NCBI GenBank assembly: GCA_035649735.1
Contig: DASRIZ010000080.1
Span: 460-64,459 of the forward strand
Reading direction: 5' to 3'
Source: Blastocatellia bacterium
GTDB taxonomy: Bacteria > Acidobacteriota > Blastocatellia > UBA7656
DNA: 64,000 nucleotides
Part shown: positions 26,752 to 37,605 of the stretch, piece after piece
How the letters are laid out: each line of letters begins with the position of its first letter
Numbering within the stretch: position 1 is the first letter of the stretch
Notes under the pieces: generated by a model
Told to the model about the DNA's origin: nothing
Seen by the model: only the letters and a program-made list of their open reading frames with translations
Database searches by the model: none
Translations under genes and position numbers: made by a program

Positions 26752-28419
26752 ATGCGACGATGGCTATGCGTAACCGCAGTAACGTCTCTGTTAATCGCAA
26801 GTTCATTTATAGCTCTTGTTTATATTGGTGGAGTAAAATCTTCTCTCGCCGCTCGCCAGACGAAGGGCCAACATACTATCACGGTAACTCCCTGGGGTCC
26901 GGACCAGGCTACGATCGACGACACCAGGGCCCGCTTGCTTAAGAACCCGGCTGTACAACGATATCTTGCTGGAAAGAACTCGAGGATGTTGTCGTTCGAT
27001 TTTCTTGAAAGCGGGGTCAAAGAAGCAAACCCACAACCTCCCAGCCGCTATCGCGCAGCGTTCTTCAACTACACCAACAACCGTGCGATTGTAGCAACCG
27101 GACGTTTCACAGATTCCACGGCTGAGGTAGCGATAACCACCGAACAACCGGTGCCAAGTCCTGAGGAGTTCGAAGCCGCCGTCGCAATAGCGTCGAAGGA
27201 TCCGTCGATTGGCCAGGCGATTCGTGACGGGTCGCTCCAACCTTATCCGGCAATGCCGCCGCTCGTGGACATAGAGCTCCCAACTAATAAGGTCGAGCGG
27301 ACCTTAGCTGTCGGGCTGCTGCCCAGGGATGGAAAGGGAAGCAACGAAGTCGTCGGCGTCAACATGATTCGCGAGTCGGTGGCCAGATATGAGGGCGGCG
27401 CGCCCAAAACCTCCCACGCAGCTGAATTGAATTGCGGAGTCCCGAGCGCCGGTCAATCCACCACAAGTCGCGGAACCGCGGGTCAGTTTCAGGTCGTGAT
27501 AAGCCGCGGACCGGAGGAGATCTGGCAGTTTCTATGTATCAGACCCGCTGCATCTTCAGGGAGCAACGCTTCGGGCATCGAACTGCGTGACATAAGATTT
27601 CGCGGCAAGCTGGTGATGTCACGCGCCAATGCGCCTATACTCAACGTGCAGTACTACCAGAATGCGTGCGGACCCTTCCGGGATTGGTCCTGGCAGGAAG
27701 GGATGTTTGTAGCAAATGGCACCGACGTCGCTCCGGGGATCCGGATGTGCACTGATGAACCGGAGACGGTCCTGGATAACGGCACGGACACCGGTAATTT
27801 CAGAGGTGTCGCGATTTATGACCGAGAAGAGGTTACGCTGGTTAGTGAACTGAATGCCGGGTGGTATCGCTACATCAGCAAGTGGATCTTCCACGACGAG
27901 GGCATCATTTCGCCTCGCTTTGGATATGGAGCCACAACCAACGGGTGCGTGTGCCTTGGACACGTCCATCACGTATACTGGCGGTTCGATTTCGATTTGG
28001 GGACAGCGGCCAATAACTCCCCCGCCGAGTTCTATCAGGGGCTTTTAAAGGGCGTTGATTCCGAGTCAATGCGTTCCCGGCTAACGCCTGATCAGTATTG
28101 GTTGCTAAGCAACTCCGTGTCCGGCGAAGCTGTCATTATCAAACCCGGACCACTCGACGGAAACTTCGACAAGTTCGGAAAGGGAGACATCTGGTTGTTG
28201 CGCAGCCATTTTCCAAGCGAGATCGACGATGCTGGCCAACCCACCGAGGGCTGCGGGTCGTGCGCGCATCTCAACCCTATGTTGAATGCCGAGTCGATCA
28301 ATAACCAGGATATCGTTGTCTGGTATGGAGCCCACTGGACGCATGATCACTTTGATGGCCCTCAGCACAATGATGGTCCTTATGTTCATGGTCCTGACTT
28401 GGTCCTGCAAAAGTACTAA
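26752..28419 (+). CDS. Membrane-anchored divergent copper amine oxidase-like protein
   Basis: ATG at 26752 follows AGAGGAG. TM anchor WLCVTAVTSLLIASSFIALVYIGG. CAO-like blocks: WYRYISKWIFHDEG, GHVHHVYWRFDFDLG..ANN, DIVVWYGAHWTHDH. Confidence 0.45.
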   Translation: MRRWLCVTAVTSLLIASSFIALVYIGGVKSSLAARQTKGQHTITVTPWGPDQATIDDTRARLLKNPAVQRYLAGKNSRMLSFDFLESGVKEANPQPPSRYRAAFFNYTNNRAIVATGRFTDSTAEVAITTEQPVPSPEEFEAAVAIASKDPSIGQAIRDGSLQPYPAMPPLVDIELPTNKVERTLAVGLLPRDGKGSNEVVGVNMIRESVARYEGGAPKTSHAAELNCGVPSAGQSTTSRGTAGQFQVVISRGPEEIWQFLCIRPAASSGSNASGIELRDIRFRGKLVMSRANAPILNVQYYQNACGPFRDWSWQEGMFVANGTDVAPGIRMCTDEPETVLDNGTDTGNFRGVAIYDREEVTLVSELNAGWYRYISKWIFHDEGIISPRFGYGATTNGCVCLGHVHHVYWRFDFDLGTAANNSPAEFYQGLLKGVDSESMRSRLTPDQYWLLSNSVSGEAVIIKPGPLDGNFDKFGKGDIWLLRSHFPSEIDDAGQPTEGCGSCAHLNPMLNAESINNQDIVVWYGAHWTHDHFDGPQHNDGPYVHGPDLVLQKY

Positions 28420-28440
28420 AATCGCGCGAGCATTGAGACG

Positions 28441-28489
28441 ACGGAGGGCAATCGAAGCGGCCGACAATCCGCCCGCGCCCTCCGTTTTT
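28441..28489 (+). terminator. Rho-independent terminator
   Basis: ACGGAGGGC (28441-28449) pairs with GCCCTCCGT (28477-28485), followed by a T-run to 28489. Lies 22 nt after the stop at 28419. Confidence 0.7.
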
Positions 28490-28537
28490 CATTGAGAGAG
28501 CCGAGTGCCTCCCCGATGCCTGTGCGGCGGTTTAGTG

Positions 28538-29011
28538 ATGACGAAAGTACTTGATATAGATGAGTTGATGCGCCGCCGCGAGGAGTTGAGACGACAGGGC
28601 TTAAAAGTTGTCTTCACCAACGGCTGTTTTGATTTGCTTCACCCGGGACACGTCCGATATCTCGCTGATGCCCGATCGCTGGGGGATGCTCTGATTGTAG
28701 CGCTAAACAGCGATCGCACGGTTCGCATTATAAAAGGAGCGGGTCGGCCGATTCTAAGCGAAGGCGAGCGTGTGCAAGTCGTCTCAGCGTTAAATGCCGT
28801 GGATTATGTGATTGTCTTCGACCGGGAAACGCCGCGGGAGCTGATCTCCAGGCTGTTGCCCGATGTGCTGGTTAAAGGTGGCGATTGGCCGGTGGACGAG
28901 ATCGTCGGTCGCGAGGAAGTCGAATCCGCGGGCGGCAGAGTCCTATCGCTGCCTTATGTTGAAGGCTCCTCTACAACTGATATCATCGAGCGCATCAAGG
29001 GTATCAAATAG
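28538..29011 (+). CDS. D-glycero-beta-D-manno-heptose 1-phosphate adenylyltransferase (RfaE domain II type cytidylyltransferase)
   Basis: [19 protein letters not shown] motif, about 157 aa. ATG at 28538 (MTKVLD). Confidence 0.8.
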   Translation: MTKVLDIDELMRRREELRRQGLKVVFTNGCFDLLHPGHVRYLADARSLGDALIVALNSDRTVRIIKGAGRPILSEGERVQVVSALNAVDYVIVFDRETPRELISRLLPDVLVKGGDWPVDEIVGREEVESAGGRVLSLPYVEGSSTTDIIERIKGIK

Positions 29012-29017
29012 CGAGTA

Positions 29018-30880
29018 CTATTTTTTCAACGATTGCGCCAGCTTCGATTTGAGTCTCGCACCTTCGTCCGTCTGGGTGGACAGAGACAATGCCTTTTGCC
29101 ATGAGGCGCGTGCATAGTCTGTCTTTCCTTGGCCCGCGTAGAGATCGCCGAGGTGCTCGTGTACGGTCGAGTTGTCGGGGAACTGTCGAGCTGCTTCCAA
29201 CAACGGCTCCTCCGCTTCGGCGAGTCTTCCAAGTTTGAAGTAGGCAAGACCAAGGCTGTCCAGGTAAGCCGCGTTTCCCGGTTCGACATTCACGGCGCGC
29301 TGAATCATCTTCAACGCCTCTTCAAGATTCGCCCCCCGTTCAACCATCGAGTATCCGAGGTTATTCAGCACCAACGCGTTATTAGGCTCAAACTCAAGCG
29401 CTTTGCGAAATTCGGTTTCGGCCTCCACCTTTTTTCCCTGCTCACCCAGCACGTTGCCAAGCAACACGAGCGCGTTTGTGTTTCTGGGGGAAAGCGCGAT
29501 CGATTTGCGAAGGATCGTCTCCGCTTCGCTGAATTTGTTTTGGCGTGTAAGCGCAGTTGCCAACCCGAATTGGCCGTTTGGCGATGTAGGATTAGCGCGG
29601 AGCGAATCCCTGTACGCTTTTTCGGCCCCCACCGCGTTGCCTAGTCTCAAATAGATGTTACCCATTGTCACCTGCAAAGACTCGTCTACAGGCTTTACCT
29701 TAAGCCCGTCATTGATCACGTCCAGCGCTTCCTGATACCGCCTCATGCTGCTATAGGTGCTGGCCAACGTGCAGTAACCGTCGATTAGTGTAGGATCGCG
29801 TTCAATTGCCTTTCGGCCCGCCTCGATAGCCTCGCTCCCCCGGCCGAGTCGCGTCAGCACTACGGAGATTTGCAGATGCGCGCGTCCCGGTGAATGGTAC
29901 GGAGGACTCACTTCCAGGGATTGCTGGTATGCTCCCAGCGCCTGGTCTAGCCGTCCCATCGTGAAGTACGCCGCACCCAGATTGAAGATCGTGTTTGCGT
30001 CGTTTGGATGTCGGGCGATCACTTCATTGTAAGCTTCCACGGCATCCTCGTAACGGCGAGCGCGATGAAGAAACCAACCCAGCATTGCCAACGCTCCTGT
30101 GTTGTCGGGTTGAAGTTCAATCAGCCTCTTTTGTGTGTCTATCGCTTCGATGAACCGCTCTCGCTTTGCAAAGGCCGCGGCAAGTCCCGAGAGGAACTCT
30201 GTTGACTTCGGGAGAACCGCCAACGCGAATTGATAGGCCTGAATCTCGTCGTCATATCGTCCCAGTTCGTGATAAGTGTCAGCCAAAGAGGAATGCGCAT
30301 CCTCGTAGTCAGGCTTTAATTGAATCGCCATCTTGAATGAGCCGATTGCTTGCTCGTAGCGTTGCGCGTCGAGGTAAGCTTCCCCAAGATTGAAGTGCGC
30401 TAAGGCGGAACCTGGGTTCGTGTCAACAGCAACTTGGGCCGCTTTGATTTCCTGCTCTGCACCTCCAGGACGTCTTTGCGCAGGCTCTGCGCTGTCGTCC
30501 ACCGTAAAAGAAAATGTGAGGCTATCGTTGACCTTCACCGGCTTTCCATTCACGACGGTGGGCGTGAATTGCCAGAGGCGTGCAGCCGACACGGCTGCGT
30601 CCCGGAGAAGTGGATGACCAGAGACCGCAGTCGCCGAGATGACGTGTCCATCTTCGCTAACCGTCACTTCCACGACAACTACGCCGCTAACACGGGCAGC
30701 TTTCGCCAATGGAGGATAAGTTGGTTTTACCTGTTTAACCGCCGTGCTTAGACCATCGGATTTGCGAACTGTGATCCGCTGATCAGTCTGAATTACGCCC
30801 GCCACGACGTGCGACACAAGGCAAAGGCAGAGAATAGTCGCGAGAAGGTGTGCTTTGATTTTGTTCTCATAGCAACTCAT
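29018..30880 (-). CDS. TonB C-terminal domain protein fused to a long TPR array
   Basis: Signal/anchor; PTYPPLAKAARVSGVVVVEVTVSEDGHV...GKPVKV (TonB_C); then more than 10 TPR-like repeats. Confidence 0.75.
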   Translation of the reverse strand: MSCYENKIKAHLLATILCLCLVSHVVAGVIQTDQRITVRKSDGLSTAVKQVKPTYPPLAKAARVSGVVVVEVTVSEDGHVISATAVSGHPLLRDAAVSAARLWQFTPTVVNGKPVKVNDSLTFSFTVDDSAEPAQRRPGGAEQEIKAAQVAVDTNPGSALAHFNLGEAYLDAQRYEQAIGSFKMAIQLKPDYEDAHSSLADTYHELGRYDDEIQAYQFALAVLPKSTEFLSGLAAAFAKRERFIEAIDTQKRLIELQPDNTGALAMLGWFLHRARRYEDAVEAYNEVIARHPNDANTIFNLGAAYFTMGRLDQALGAYQQSLEVSPPYHSPGRAHLQISVVLTRLGRGSEAIEAGRKAIERDPTLIDGYCTLASTYSSMRRYQEALDVINDGLKVKPVDESLQVTMGNIYLRLGNAVGAEKAYRDSLRANPTSPNGQFGLATALTRQNKFSEAETILRKSIALSPRNTNALVLLGNVLGEQGKKVEAETEFRKALEFEPNNALVLNNLGYSMVERGANLEEALKMIQRAVNVEPGNAAYLDSLGLAYFKLGRLAEAEEPLLEAARQFPDNSTVHEHLGDLYAGQGKTDYARASWQKALSLSTQTDEGARLKSKLAQSLKK

Positions 30881-31060
30881 ATTGTTCTTCTCCGATGGAG
30901 TCTTCGGGAATGGTCTCAGAATCGAGCGGGCGGATTATAGCACCGATTCTAGAGGATTACATGAGCTTTTGCGTTTGGTCTTACGCTGACGGCGGTTCGT
31001 TGAAGCCGACTGTTTGACGCCTTCAAGAGCGCTCCTGTATCTTCACGCAGAGCGAGCGAT

Positions 31061-32983
31061 ATGAAGCACATTATCGTTGGTACGGCTGGCCATATCGACC
31101 ACGGCAAAACCGCTCTGGTCAAAGCGCTAACAGGAATTGACGCCGACCGGCTGAAAGAGGAAAAGCAGAGAGGCATCACAATCGACATTGGATTCGCCGA
31201 TCTTGCAATCGGGGATTTCCGATTCGGTTTTGTTGACGTGCCTGGTCACGAGCGCTTCGTTAAGAACATGCTCGCGGGTGCTCACGGTCTGGACCTGGTA
31301 ATGCTGGTTGTTGCCGCCGATGAGTCAGTGATGCCTCAAACTCGTGAGCATTTCGACATCTGTCGTTTGCTTCGTCTTAAGTCCGGTCTTGTAGCGTTAA
31401 CCAAATCTGACCTCGTTGAAGATGAATTGCTTGAGCTGGCCCGCGCTGAAGTAGAAGATTTCGTAAAAGACTCCTTCCTCGAGGGCGCGCCGATCATCCC
31501 CGTAAGCTCTCGCACCGGTTCGGGCATTGAAGAATTGAAGCAGTCGCTCGTCAATCTTGCTGATCTTGTCGAACCAAAGACGACATTCGCAGTCCCGCGC
31601 TTGCCAATCGACCGAGCCTTCTCGGTAAAGGGATTCGGCACCGTAGTCACTGGCACCCTGGTAACCGGTGAGATCGCTGTTGGTGATGAATTGGATGTCT
31701 TACCTTCCGGTTTAAGAGCCAGAGTTCGCAACGTACAGGTTCACGGTCACGACACGTCCCGCGCGCTCGCAGGCCAGCGCGCCGCCATAAACCTACAGGG
31801 GTTGAATCTGGATCAGGTTGGACGGGGAAGCCTGCTCGCCGCGGCCGGACGGCTGCGGCCTACCTCCATGCTCGATGTGCGTCTCCAGCTTCTTGGTTCG
31901 GCGCCTCGGGCCCTCAAGCAGCGCACTCGGGTAAGACTCCATCACGGCACCGCAGAGGTCATGGCACGAGTTGTTATTCTTCAGGGATCAGGTCGGAATC
32001 AGGAACTAAATTCCATCCAGCCAGGCGTGGACGCGCTCGTGCAACTTCGACTCGAGGAGCCGGTGACCGCGGTACCCGGAGACCGCTTTATCATTCGAAG
32101 CTACTCGCCACAGGTGACTATCGGGGGCGGAGTGATAATCGACGCTCTGCCCGGGAAACACCGCATTCGTGATTCCGCTGCACTGGCACGCCTGGAGCAA
32201 CTTGAAAATGCGGATCTCGGTGAGCGGGTTGCGGTATTTGTCGAAATTGCGGGCGCGGGCGGAGCCAGCGAAGCAGAGATAGCAGCACGAACCGGGGCCA
32301 CGGATGAACAGATCGCCGCTACAACTCGGGAGCTTACTGATAACGGACGCTTGATGGAAGTGAGTGCAGCTCCGCTTATGTTTATTTCAGCCGAGAGTTA
32401 TCGCGCTCTGGCGGATCGCGTCACCGAAATGCTTACGGATCATCATCGTCGCGAGCCGCTTTCGCTTGGGTTGAGCCGAGAAGAAGTGCGAGACAGGGTG
32501 TTTGGACAGGTTCGTCCCGAGATTTTTCGCGCGGTTATTTCGCGGCTGGGCAAGGAAGGCAAAGTGATCGCCGAACGCGACGGCCTGCGGTCGGCCTCGC
32601 ACCGACCCGCTCTAACCGATGCGGACGAGTCCACCAAGAGAGCTCTGGAAACAGCTTTCAGGGCGGCAGGTTTGCAGGCTGGAACGTTGGAGGAGACTGC
32701 GGCTGCTACCGGAACAAAGATCGAGCTTGCTCGCAAGCTGTACAACCTGCTGGCAGCCGAGCGCCGCCTGGTTCGCATCGGAGACTTCGTTTTTCATGTC
32801 GAGTCTATCGACGATCTCAAGACGCGGATACGAGCAAGAAAAGCGGTGAATCCGAAGATCGACGTCGCGGTGTTCAAAGAAATCACTGGTGGGTTAACGC
32901 GCAAGTACGCAATTCCGCTCCTCGAGTACCTAGACCGCGAGCGAGTTACGCGGCGAGTCGGAAACGAACGCGAGATCCTGTGA
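31061..32983 (+). CDS. selB: Selenocysteine-specific translation elongation factor
   Basis: [54 protein letters not shown], 640 aa with C-terminal winged-helix-like extension. Confidence 0.9.
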   Translation: MKHIIVGTAGHIDHGKTALVKALTGIDADRLKEEKQRGITIDIGFADLAIGDFRFGFVDVPGHERFVKNMLAGAHGLDLVMLVVAADESVMPQTREHFDICRLLRLKSGLVALTKSDLVEDELLELARAEVEDFVKDSFLEGAPIIPVSSRTGSGIEELKQSLVNLADLVEPKTTFAVPRLPIDRAFSVKGFGTVVTGTLVTGEIAVGDELDVLPSGLRARVRNVQVHGHDTSRALAGQRAAINLQGLNLDQVGRGSLLAAAGRLRPTSMLDVRLQLLGSAPRALKQRTRVRLHHGTAEVMARVVILQGSGRNQELNSIQPGVDALVQLRLEEPVTAVPGDRFIIRSYSPQVTIGGGVIIDALPGKHRIRDSAALARLEQLENADLGERVAVFVEIAGAGGASEAEIAARTGATDEQIAATTRELTDNGRLMEVSAAPLMFISAESYRALADRVTEMLTDHHRREPLSLGLSREEVRDRVFGQVRPEIFRAVISRLGKEGKVIAERDGLRSASHRPALTDADESTKRALETAFRAAGLQAGTLEETAAATGTKIELARKLYNLLAAERRLVRIGDFVFHVESIDDLKTRIRARKAVNPKIDVAVFKEITGGLTRKYAIPLLEYLDRERVTRRVGNEREIL

Positions 32984-33132
32984 AGGGCAAAGGGCAAAGA
33001 GCTAAGGGCAAAGGGCAGAGAGCTAAGGGCAAAGTGCGGCAAACGGCAAAGGGCGCATCGCAAAAAGCTGAGGCTCGCGCACTCTTTGCTCTTTTGCCCT
33101 TAGCCCTTTGCCCTTAGCTCTTTGCCCGTTGC
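32984..33132. repeat. Heptad-periodic palindrome immediately after the selB stop
   Basis: Left arm from 32983: aagggca/aagggca/aagagct/aagggca/aagggca/gagagct/aagggca (21-bp superunit). Right arm 33095-33129: tgccctt/agccctt/tgccctt/agctctt/tgcccgt, the reverse complements. Confidence 0.9.
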
Positions 33133-33184
33133 TTGACGCAGCTACCCGTGGCCAAATATTCTATCAAGCCGCCTAAAGGTAACA

Positions 33185-33964
33185 ATGGCAATCAATCCTG
33201 ATCAAAAACCATTTAAAGTCGTAGCCGTCGAAGCGTCGGGATTGGAGGAGCTTGCCGATTCTGTGATGAGCCTGACGCCGACGGCCCTCGTTGAGGCGAC
33301 ATTCATTTCGGATGAACTCCAAGTGGCCACGGACAATGGCGCCGAAACGAGCGTTGAGAGCGAAAGCCCCAGTTCCTCTATACAGAGTTTCTTTGATCTT
33401 GTGATTGAGGAGCTGAGCGCGCTGAGAACTCGTGCGGAAATGGAAGCCATCGAACGCGCCGCCGTCCTCATCCTCGATTGCGAGTCCCGCGGCGGTCGCG
33501 TGCACGTTACTGGCATCGGCAAAAGCGAGCACATCGCCCGCTATGTCGCCTCGCTGCTTTCAAGCACTGGAACGCCGGCTTACTTCTTGCACGCAACCGA
33601 GTGCATTCACGGGTCAGCGGGCCAGGTATGTCCCAACGACGTTGCGATAGCGATCTCCAACAGCGGCAGCACCCCCGAACTACTTTCCGCGATCGAGACT
33701 CTGCGCGAGCTCGGCAACAAGATCATAGCCGTCTCAGGAAATCGAGATTCAGTGCTCGCTCGCAGTGCTGACGTGGTGCTCGACGCCGGGGTGGAGAATG
33801 AAGGCGGCGAACTGAACCTGGTTCCTCGCGCTAGCATCCTGGCGAAGATTTACGTTTTGTGTTCACTTTCTGTCGCGCTCGAAGCCCACAAGGGGCTGAC
33901 TCGAGAACAATATGCCCGCTGGCACCCCGGCGGGGCGCTCGGAAGGCTTGCCCGGGGCGAATAG
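33185..33964 (+). CDS. SIS-domain sugar phosphate isomerase, KpsF/GutQ-like but without CBS domains
   Basis: GRVHVTGIGKSEHIARYVASLLSSTGTPAYFLH...ISNSGSTPELL...HPGGALG. The N-terminal ~80 aa are unrelated and the true start is uncertain. Confidence 0.7.
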   Translation: MAINPDQKPFKVVAVEASGLEELADSVMSLTPTALVEATFISDELQVATDNGAETSVESESPSSSIQSFFDLVIEELSALRTRAEMEAIERAAVLILDCESRGGRVHVTGIGKSEHIARYVASLLSSTGTPAYFLHATECIHGSAGQVCPNDVAIAISNSGSTPELLSAIETLRELGNKIIAVSGNRDSVLARSADVVLDAGVENEGGELNLVPRASILAKIYVLCSLSVALEAHKGLTREQYARWHPGGALGRLARGE

Positions 33965-34133
33965 CCTCCTTCGAGAATGAACGCCCATCAGTTCGCGGTG
34001 CCCCCCCGTTACTAAAACCTGCTCGCTGGCGGACGCGTGCTTTAAATTTGATTGCCGCATCATTGCCGCGACTATGGCTTGATAAGCTTTTGCCGCAGCG
34101 CAATACGTGTAAATTTTAAGTGAGGGCTGCTCT

Positions 34134-37100
34134 ATGGAGACCGACGAACTGGAAGTCCTGGTAGCCAAGCGAACGGCGGAATTACTGACGCTCAACGCAC
34201 AGCTGCGAGCTGAATTGGCGGAGAGCAAGAGGAAAGAGGAGGCCCTCAGGTTGAGCGAGCAGCGGCAGCGTCTGGCGTTGTCCGCATCAAACACAGGACT
34301 CTGGGACTGGGACATTAGGTCAAATGAGATCTTTTTTTCTCGCGAATGGAAAGCCCAGATTGGCTACGAGGATCAAGAGATCGAGAACCGCAAGGACGAG
34401 TGGGAATCACGCGTCCATCCCGATGACCGCGACCGGCTTTTTGCAAACGTAGACGCGTATCTCGCTAACCCGTGGTCGAACTTCGAAGTGGAATACCGAT
34501 TGAGGCACAAGGACGGCTCGTACAAATGGATTCTCTCCCGTGCAACTATGTTCCCCGACAAGGAACACAACCCTGAGCGCATGCTCGGATCGCACCTGGA
34601 CATCACCGACCGCAAGCTCGCAGAAGATGCGCTTCGCACGAGTGAGCTCCGTTATCGCACGTTGGCTCACAACTTTCCAAACGGCGGCGTCGCGCTGTTT
34701 GACCGCGATCTTCGATTCATGATCGCCGACGGAACCGACCTGGCGCGTGTGGGTCTTTCGAAAGAGAAGTTAGAAGGAAGAACGATCTGGGAGGTGTTTT
34801 CACCGGAAGTTGCGGACGCGCTTGAACCTGCCTATCGTGCTGCGCTTGAGGGAAGAACCACCGTTGACGAAGTACATCTGAGGGGCAGCGTTTATTTGAG
34901 GCACGCAGTTCCAGTGACAGATGCTCATGGCGAGATCGTAGCTGGAATGTTAATGAGCCAGGACATCACCGAACGCAAACGCGCCGAAGAGGCATTGAGG
35001 CGCGAGGAGCTTGAATACCGAAGCTTGGTCGAATCGGTGCTGGCAATTGTCTGGCGCGCTGACGCGCCTACTTTTCAGTTTTCCTTCGTCAGCAAGGAAG
35101 CCGAAGCGCTTCTTGGTTATCCTGCCGAACGATGGATTGCTGATTCGACATTCTGGAGAGATCACCTCCACCCTGACGATCGTGATTGGGTTGTTTCTTT
35201 CCGCACAAATGCGGTCTACGAGAAAAAGGATTATGTATCCGAGTATCGAATGATCGCGGCGGACGGCAAAGTGGTCTGGCTTCGGGAAATGGTTCGAGTC
35301 GTGATCGAGCACGGTGCTCTTAAGGAGCTGGTAGGGGTGATGGTAGACATAACCGAGCGAAAATTGGCGGAGGAAGCCAGGCATCAAAGCGAGACCAAGT
35401 TCACCACCGTTTTTGAGACTATTCCGGATCCGGTGATGATCGTGCGGTTAAGAGACTGGCTGGTGCTTGATGTAAACCAGGCTTGGACGGGGCATACAGG
35501 GTATCCCAAATCAGAGCGTGTCGGAACGACCAATGAACATCTTGACCTATTGGTTGAGCCAGGGGATCGAGATAGATTCGTAGCTTTGGTTCGCGAGACT
35601 GGAGAAGCCAAGAACTTCGATTTTATGTTTCGCACAAAGGAGGGCTCGTTACGGCATGCTCTCGTCTCTGCGAGAAGAGTCGAGCTTGATGGGGAGCAGT
35701 GCGCGGTCGCCGTCGTGAAAGACGTCACCGAGCACAAAGAGGCTGAGGATGCGCTGCGTCGCAGCGAGGAACGCTATCGGCTTATCGTCGAGAACCAAAC
35801 CGAGTTCATCGTAAAGTCGTTGCCTGATGGTACTCGTACTTTTGTGAACGACAGCTACTGCCGGTATTTTGGATTGACGGAAGAGGAGTGCCTTGGAACC
35901 AGCTTTTTCACACTCGTAGATCCGGGTTTCCGTGAAGCGATCCATCAAAGAACGGCGGCGCTAACTCTCGATGCACCAGAGTATACCGAGGAGCATCAAT
36001 CGATTGTCCCGCAAGGTCTGCGCTGGCAGCAATGGACGACGAGGGGAATTTTCGACGCCGATGGTAAATTGATCGAGCTTCTGTCAAGCGGTCGCGACGT
36101 TACCGAACGCAAGGCGGCGGAAGAAGCGCTCCAGGAAAGCGAATCCTTAGGCCGCACACTTAACGAGCGATTTGCCCTCGCCGTCGATTCGGCCGGAATT
36201 GGCGTGTGGGATCTGAACATCCTCACCAATAACTTAACCTGGGATCAGCAAATGAATCGCCTCTACCGGATTGAACAGGAACAACTGGGAGCCTATGAGT
36301 TATGGTTGAGCCGGGTCCATCTGGATGATCGGGTCCGAGCTCATGACGAGGTGCAGCTGGCGATTAAGGGCTTGAAACCTTTCGACACAGACTTCCGCAT
36401 AGTGTGGCCTAACGGCGAGTGGCGACACATCAAGGCGTTTGCGCGAGTGGTGCGAAATGAGCGCGGCACTCCCGTTCGAATGACCGGAATCAATTACGAT
36501 ATTACCGATCGAAAGCGAGCCGAAGAGTCTTTGGAGCGCAGCGAGGCGCATTATCGTGCGCTGGTCGAGAATACACCCGACATCATCGCTCGCTTTGATC
36601 GCGATTGCCGATATATGTTTGTCAATACGGCGATAGCCCAAGTGTCGTTGCTAAAGCCCGAGGAGTTTGAAGGCAAATCCCTCCGAGAGGTGGGTTTCTC
36701 AGGTGAGGAGGCCAGCTTTAGGGAAGAGGTTATCCGCGAGGTCTTTGAGACCAAAAAACCTTTTGAGAGCGAATTTGAGTTTGAGGGACCGCACGGCCTC
36801 AGAGTATTCGAGTGGCGCGCATTCCCGGAGTTTGACGAAAAAGGAAACACTCATAGTGTCTTGAGCATCAACCGTGATGTCACCGAGCGCCGGCACGCCG
36901 AACAGCAGCTAAAAGAGTCGCGTGAGCAGCTAAGAGCGCTTTCGGCACACTTGCAATCGGTTCGTGAGGAAGAGAGAACAGTGATAGCGCGTGAGATTCA
37001 CGATGAGCTGGGTCAGGCATTGACTGGGCTTAAGATGGACCTCTCGTACTTGCAAAAGACGTTGACCAGGGTGAAAACAAGTGAACTGGACCGGTTGACC

Positions 37101-37583
37101 GATACCACAGTGTCGATGTCAAAACTCGTTGACGCTACAATTCAGACGGTTCGAAAAATCGCAACCGATCTCCGACCGGGAATCCTGGATGATCTAGGGC
37201 TTGTTGCCGCTATCGAATGGCAAGCGCAGGACTTTCAAAAAAGAACCGGAATTACCTGCAAGTTCTCTCCTGGCGTCGATGATCTGGATATTGACCGAGA
37301 TCGCTCAACCGCTTCGTTCCGAATCTTTCAGGAGACGCTGACAAACGTTGCCCGTCACTCAGGAGCCAGCGCGGTTGCAGTCAGCTTAGATCGGCGGGGT
37401 GATGCCTTGGCGCTTGAGATCAAGGACAATGGAAAGGGAATCTCTGAGGCAGACATTTCGGGGAGAGGATCGCTTGGGCTCCTGGGTATGCGCGAGCGCG
37501 CTCAGCTCTTGGGCGGAGAACTCAAGATCAGCGGTGCCCCGGGCGAGGGAACGACGGTGATCGTAAGAATACCTCTGGCTTGA
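34134..37583 (+). CDS. Multi-PAS sensor histidine kinase (HisKA_3 / NarX-DegS type)
   Basis: Repeated PAS/PAC blocks each ending ...DITERK/DVTERK. H-box IAREIHDELGQALTGLKMDL. HATPase_c ...GLLGMRERAQLLGGEL. Confidence 0.9.
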   Translation: METDELEVLVAKRTAELLTLNAQLRAELAESKRKEEALRLSEQRQRLALSASNTGLWDWDIRSNEIFFSREWKAQIGYEDQEIENRKDEWESRVHPDDRDRLFANVDAYLANPWSNFEVEYRLRHKDGSYKWILSRATMFPDKEHNPERMLGSHLDITDRKLAEDALRTSELRYRTLAHNFPNGGVALFDRDLRFMIADGTDLARVGLSKEKLEGRTIWEVFSPEVADALEPAYRAALEGRTTVDEVHLRGSVYLRHAVPVTDAHGEIVAGMLMSQDITERKRAEEALRREELEYRSLVESVLAIVWRADAPTFQFSFVSKEAEALLGYPAERWIADSTFWRDHLHPDDRDWVVSFRTNAVYEKKDYVSEYRMIAADGKVVWLREMVRVVIEHGALKELVGVMVDITERKLAEEARHQSETKFTTVFETIPDPVMIVRLRDWLVLDVNQAWTGHTGYPKSERVGTTNEHLDLLVEPGDRDRFVALVRETGEAKNFDFMFRTKEGSLRHALVSARRVELDGEQCAVAVVKDVTEHKEAEDALRRSEERYRLIVENQTEFIVKSLPDGTRTFVNDSYCRYFGLTEEECLGTSFFTLVDPGFREAIHQRTAALTLDAPEYTEEHQSIVPQGLRWQQWTTRGIFDADGKLIELLSSGRDVTERKAAEEALQESESLGRTLNERFALAVDSAGIGVWDLNILTNNLTWDQQMNRLYRIEQEQLGAYELWLSRVHLDDRVRAHDEVQLAIKGLKPFDTDFRIVWPNGEWRHIKAFARVVRNERGTPVRMTGINYDITDRKRAEESLERSEAHYRALVENTPDIIARFDRDCRYMFVNTAIAQVSLLKPEEFEGKSLREVGFSGEEASFREEVIREVFETKKPFESEFEFEGPHGLRVFEWRAFPEFDEKGNTHSVLSINRDVTERRHAEQQLKESREQLRALSAHLQSVREEERTVIAREIHDELGQALTGLKMDLSYLQKTLTRVKTSELDRLTDTTVSMSKLVDATIQTVRKIATDLRPGILDDLGLVAAIEWQAQDFQKRTGITCKFSPGVDDLDIDRDRSTASFRIFQETLTNVARHSGASAVAVSLDRRGDALALEIKDNGKGISEADISGRGSLGLLGMRERAQLLGGELKISGAPGEGTTVIVRIPLA

Positions 37584-37605
37584 AGGGGGAAGGAGGTACA
37601 TTACC

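Noticed and set aside
32794-33063. 89-aa minus-strand ORF with [14 protein letters not shown] repeats
   Set aside because: It is the translation of the heptad/21-bp repeat array after selB, and it overlaps the selB 3' end. This is a repeat artefact.
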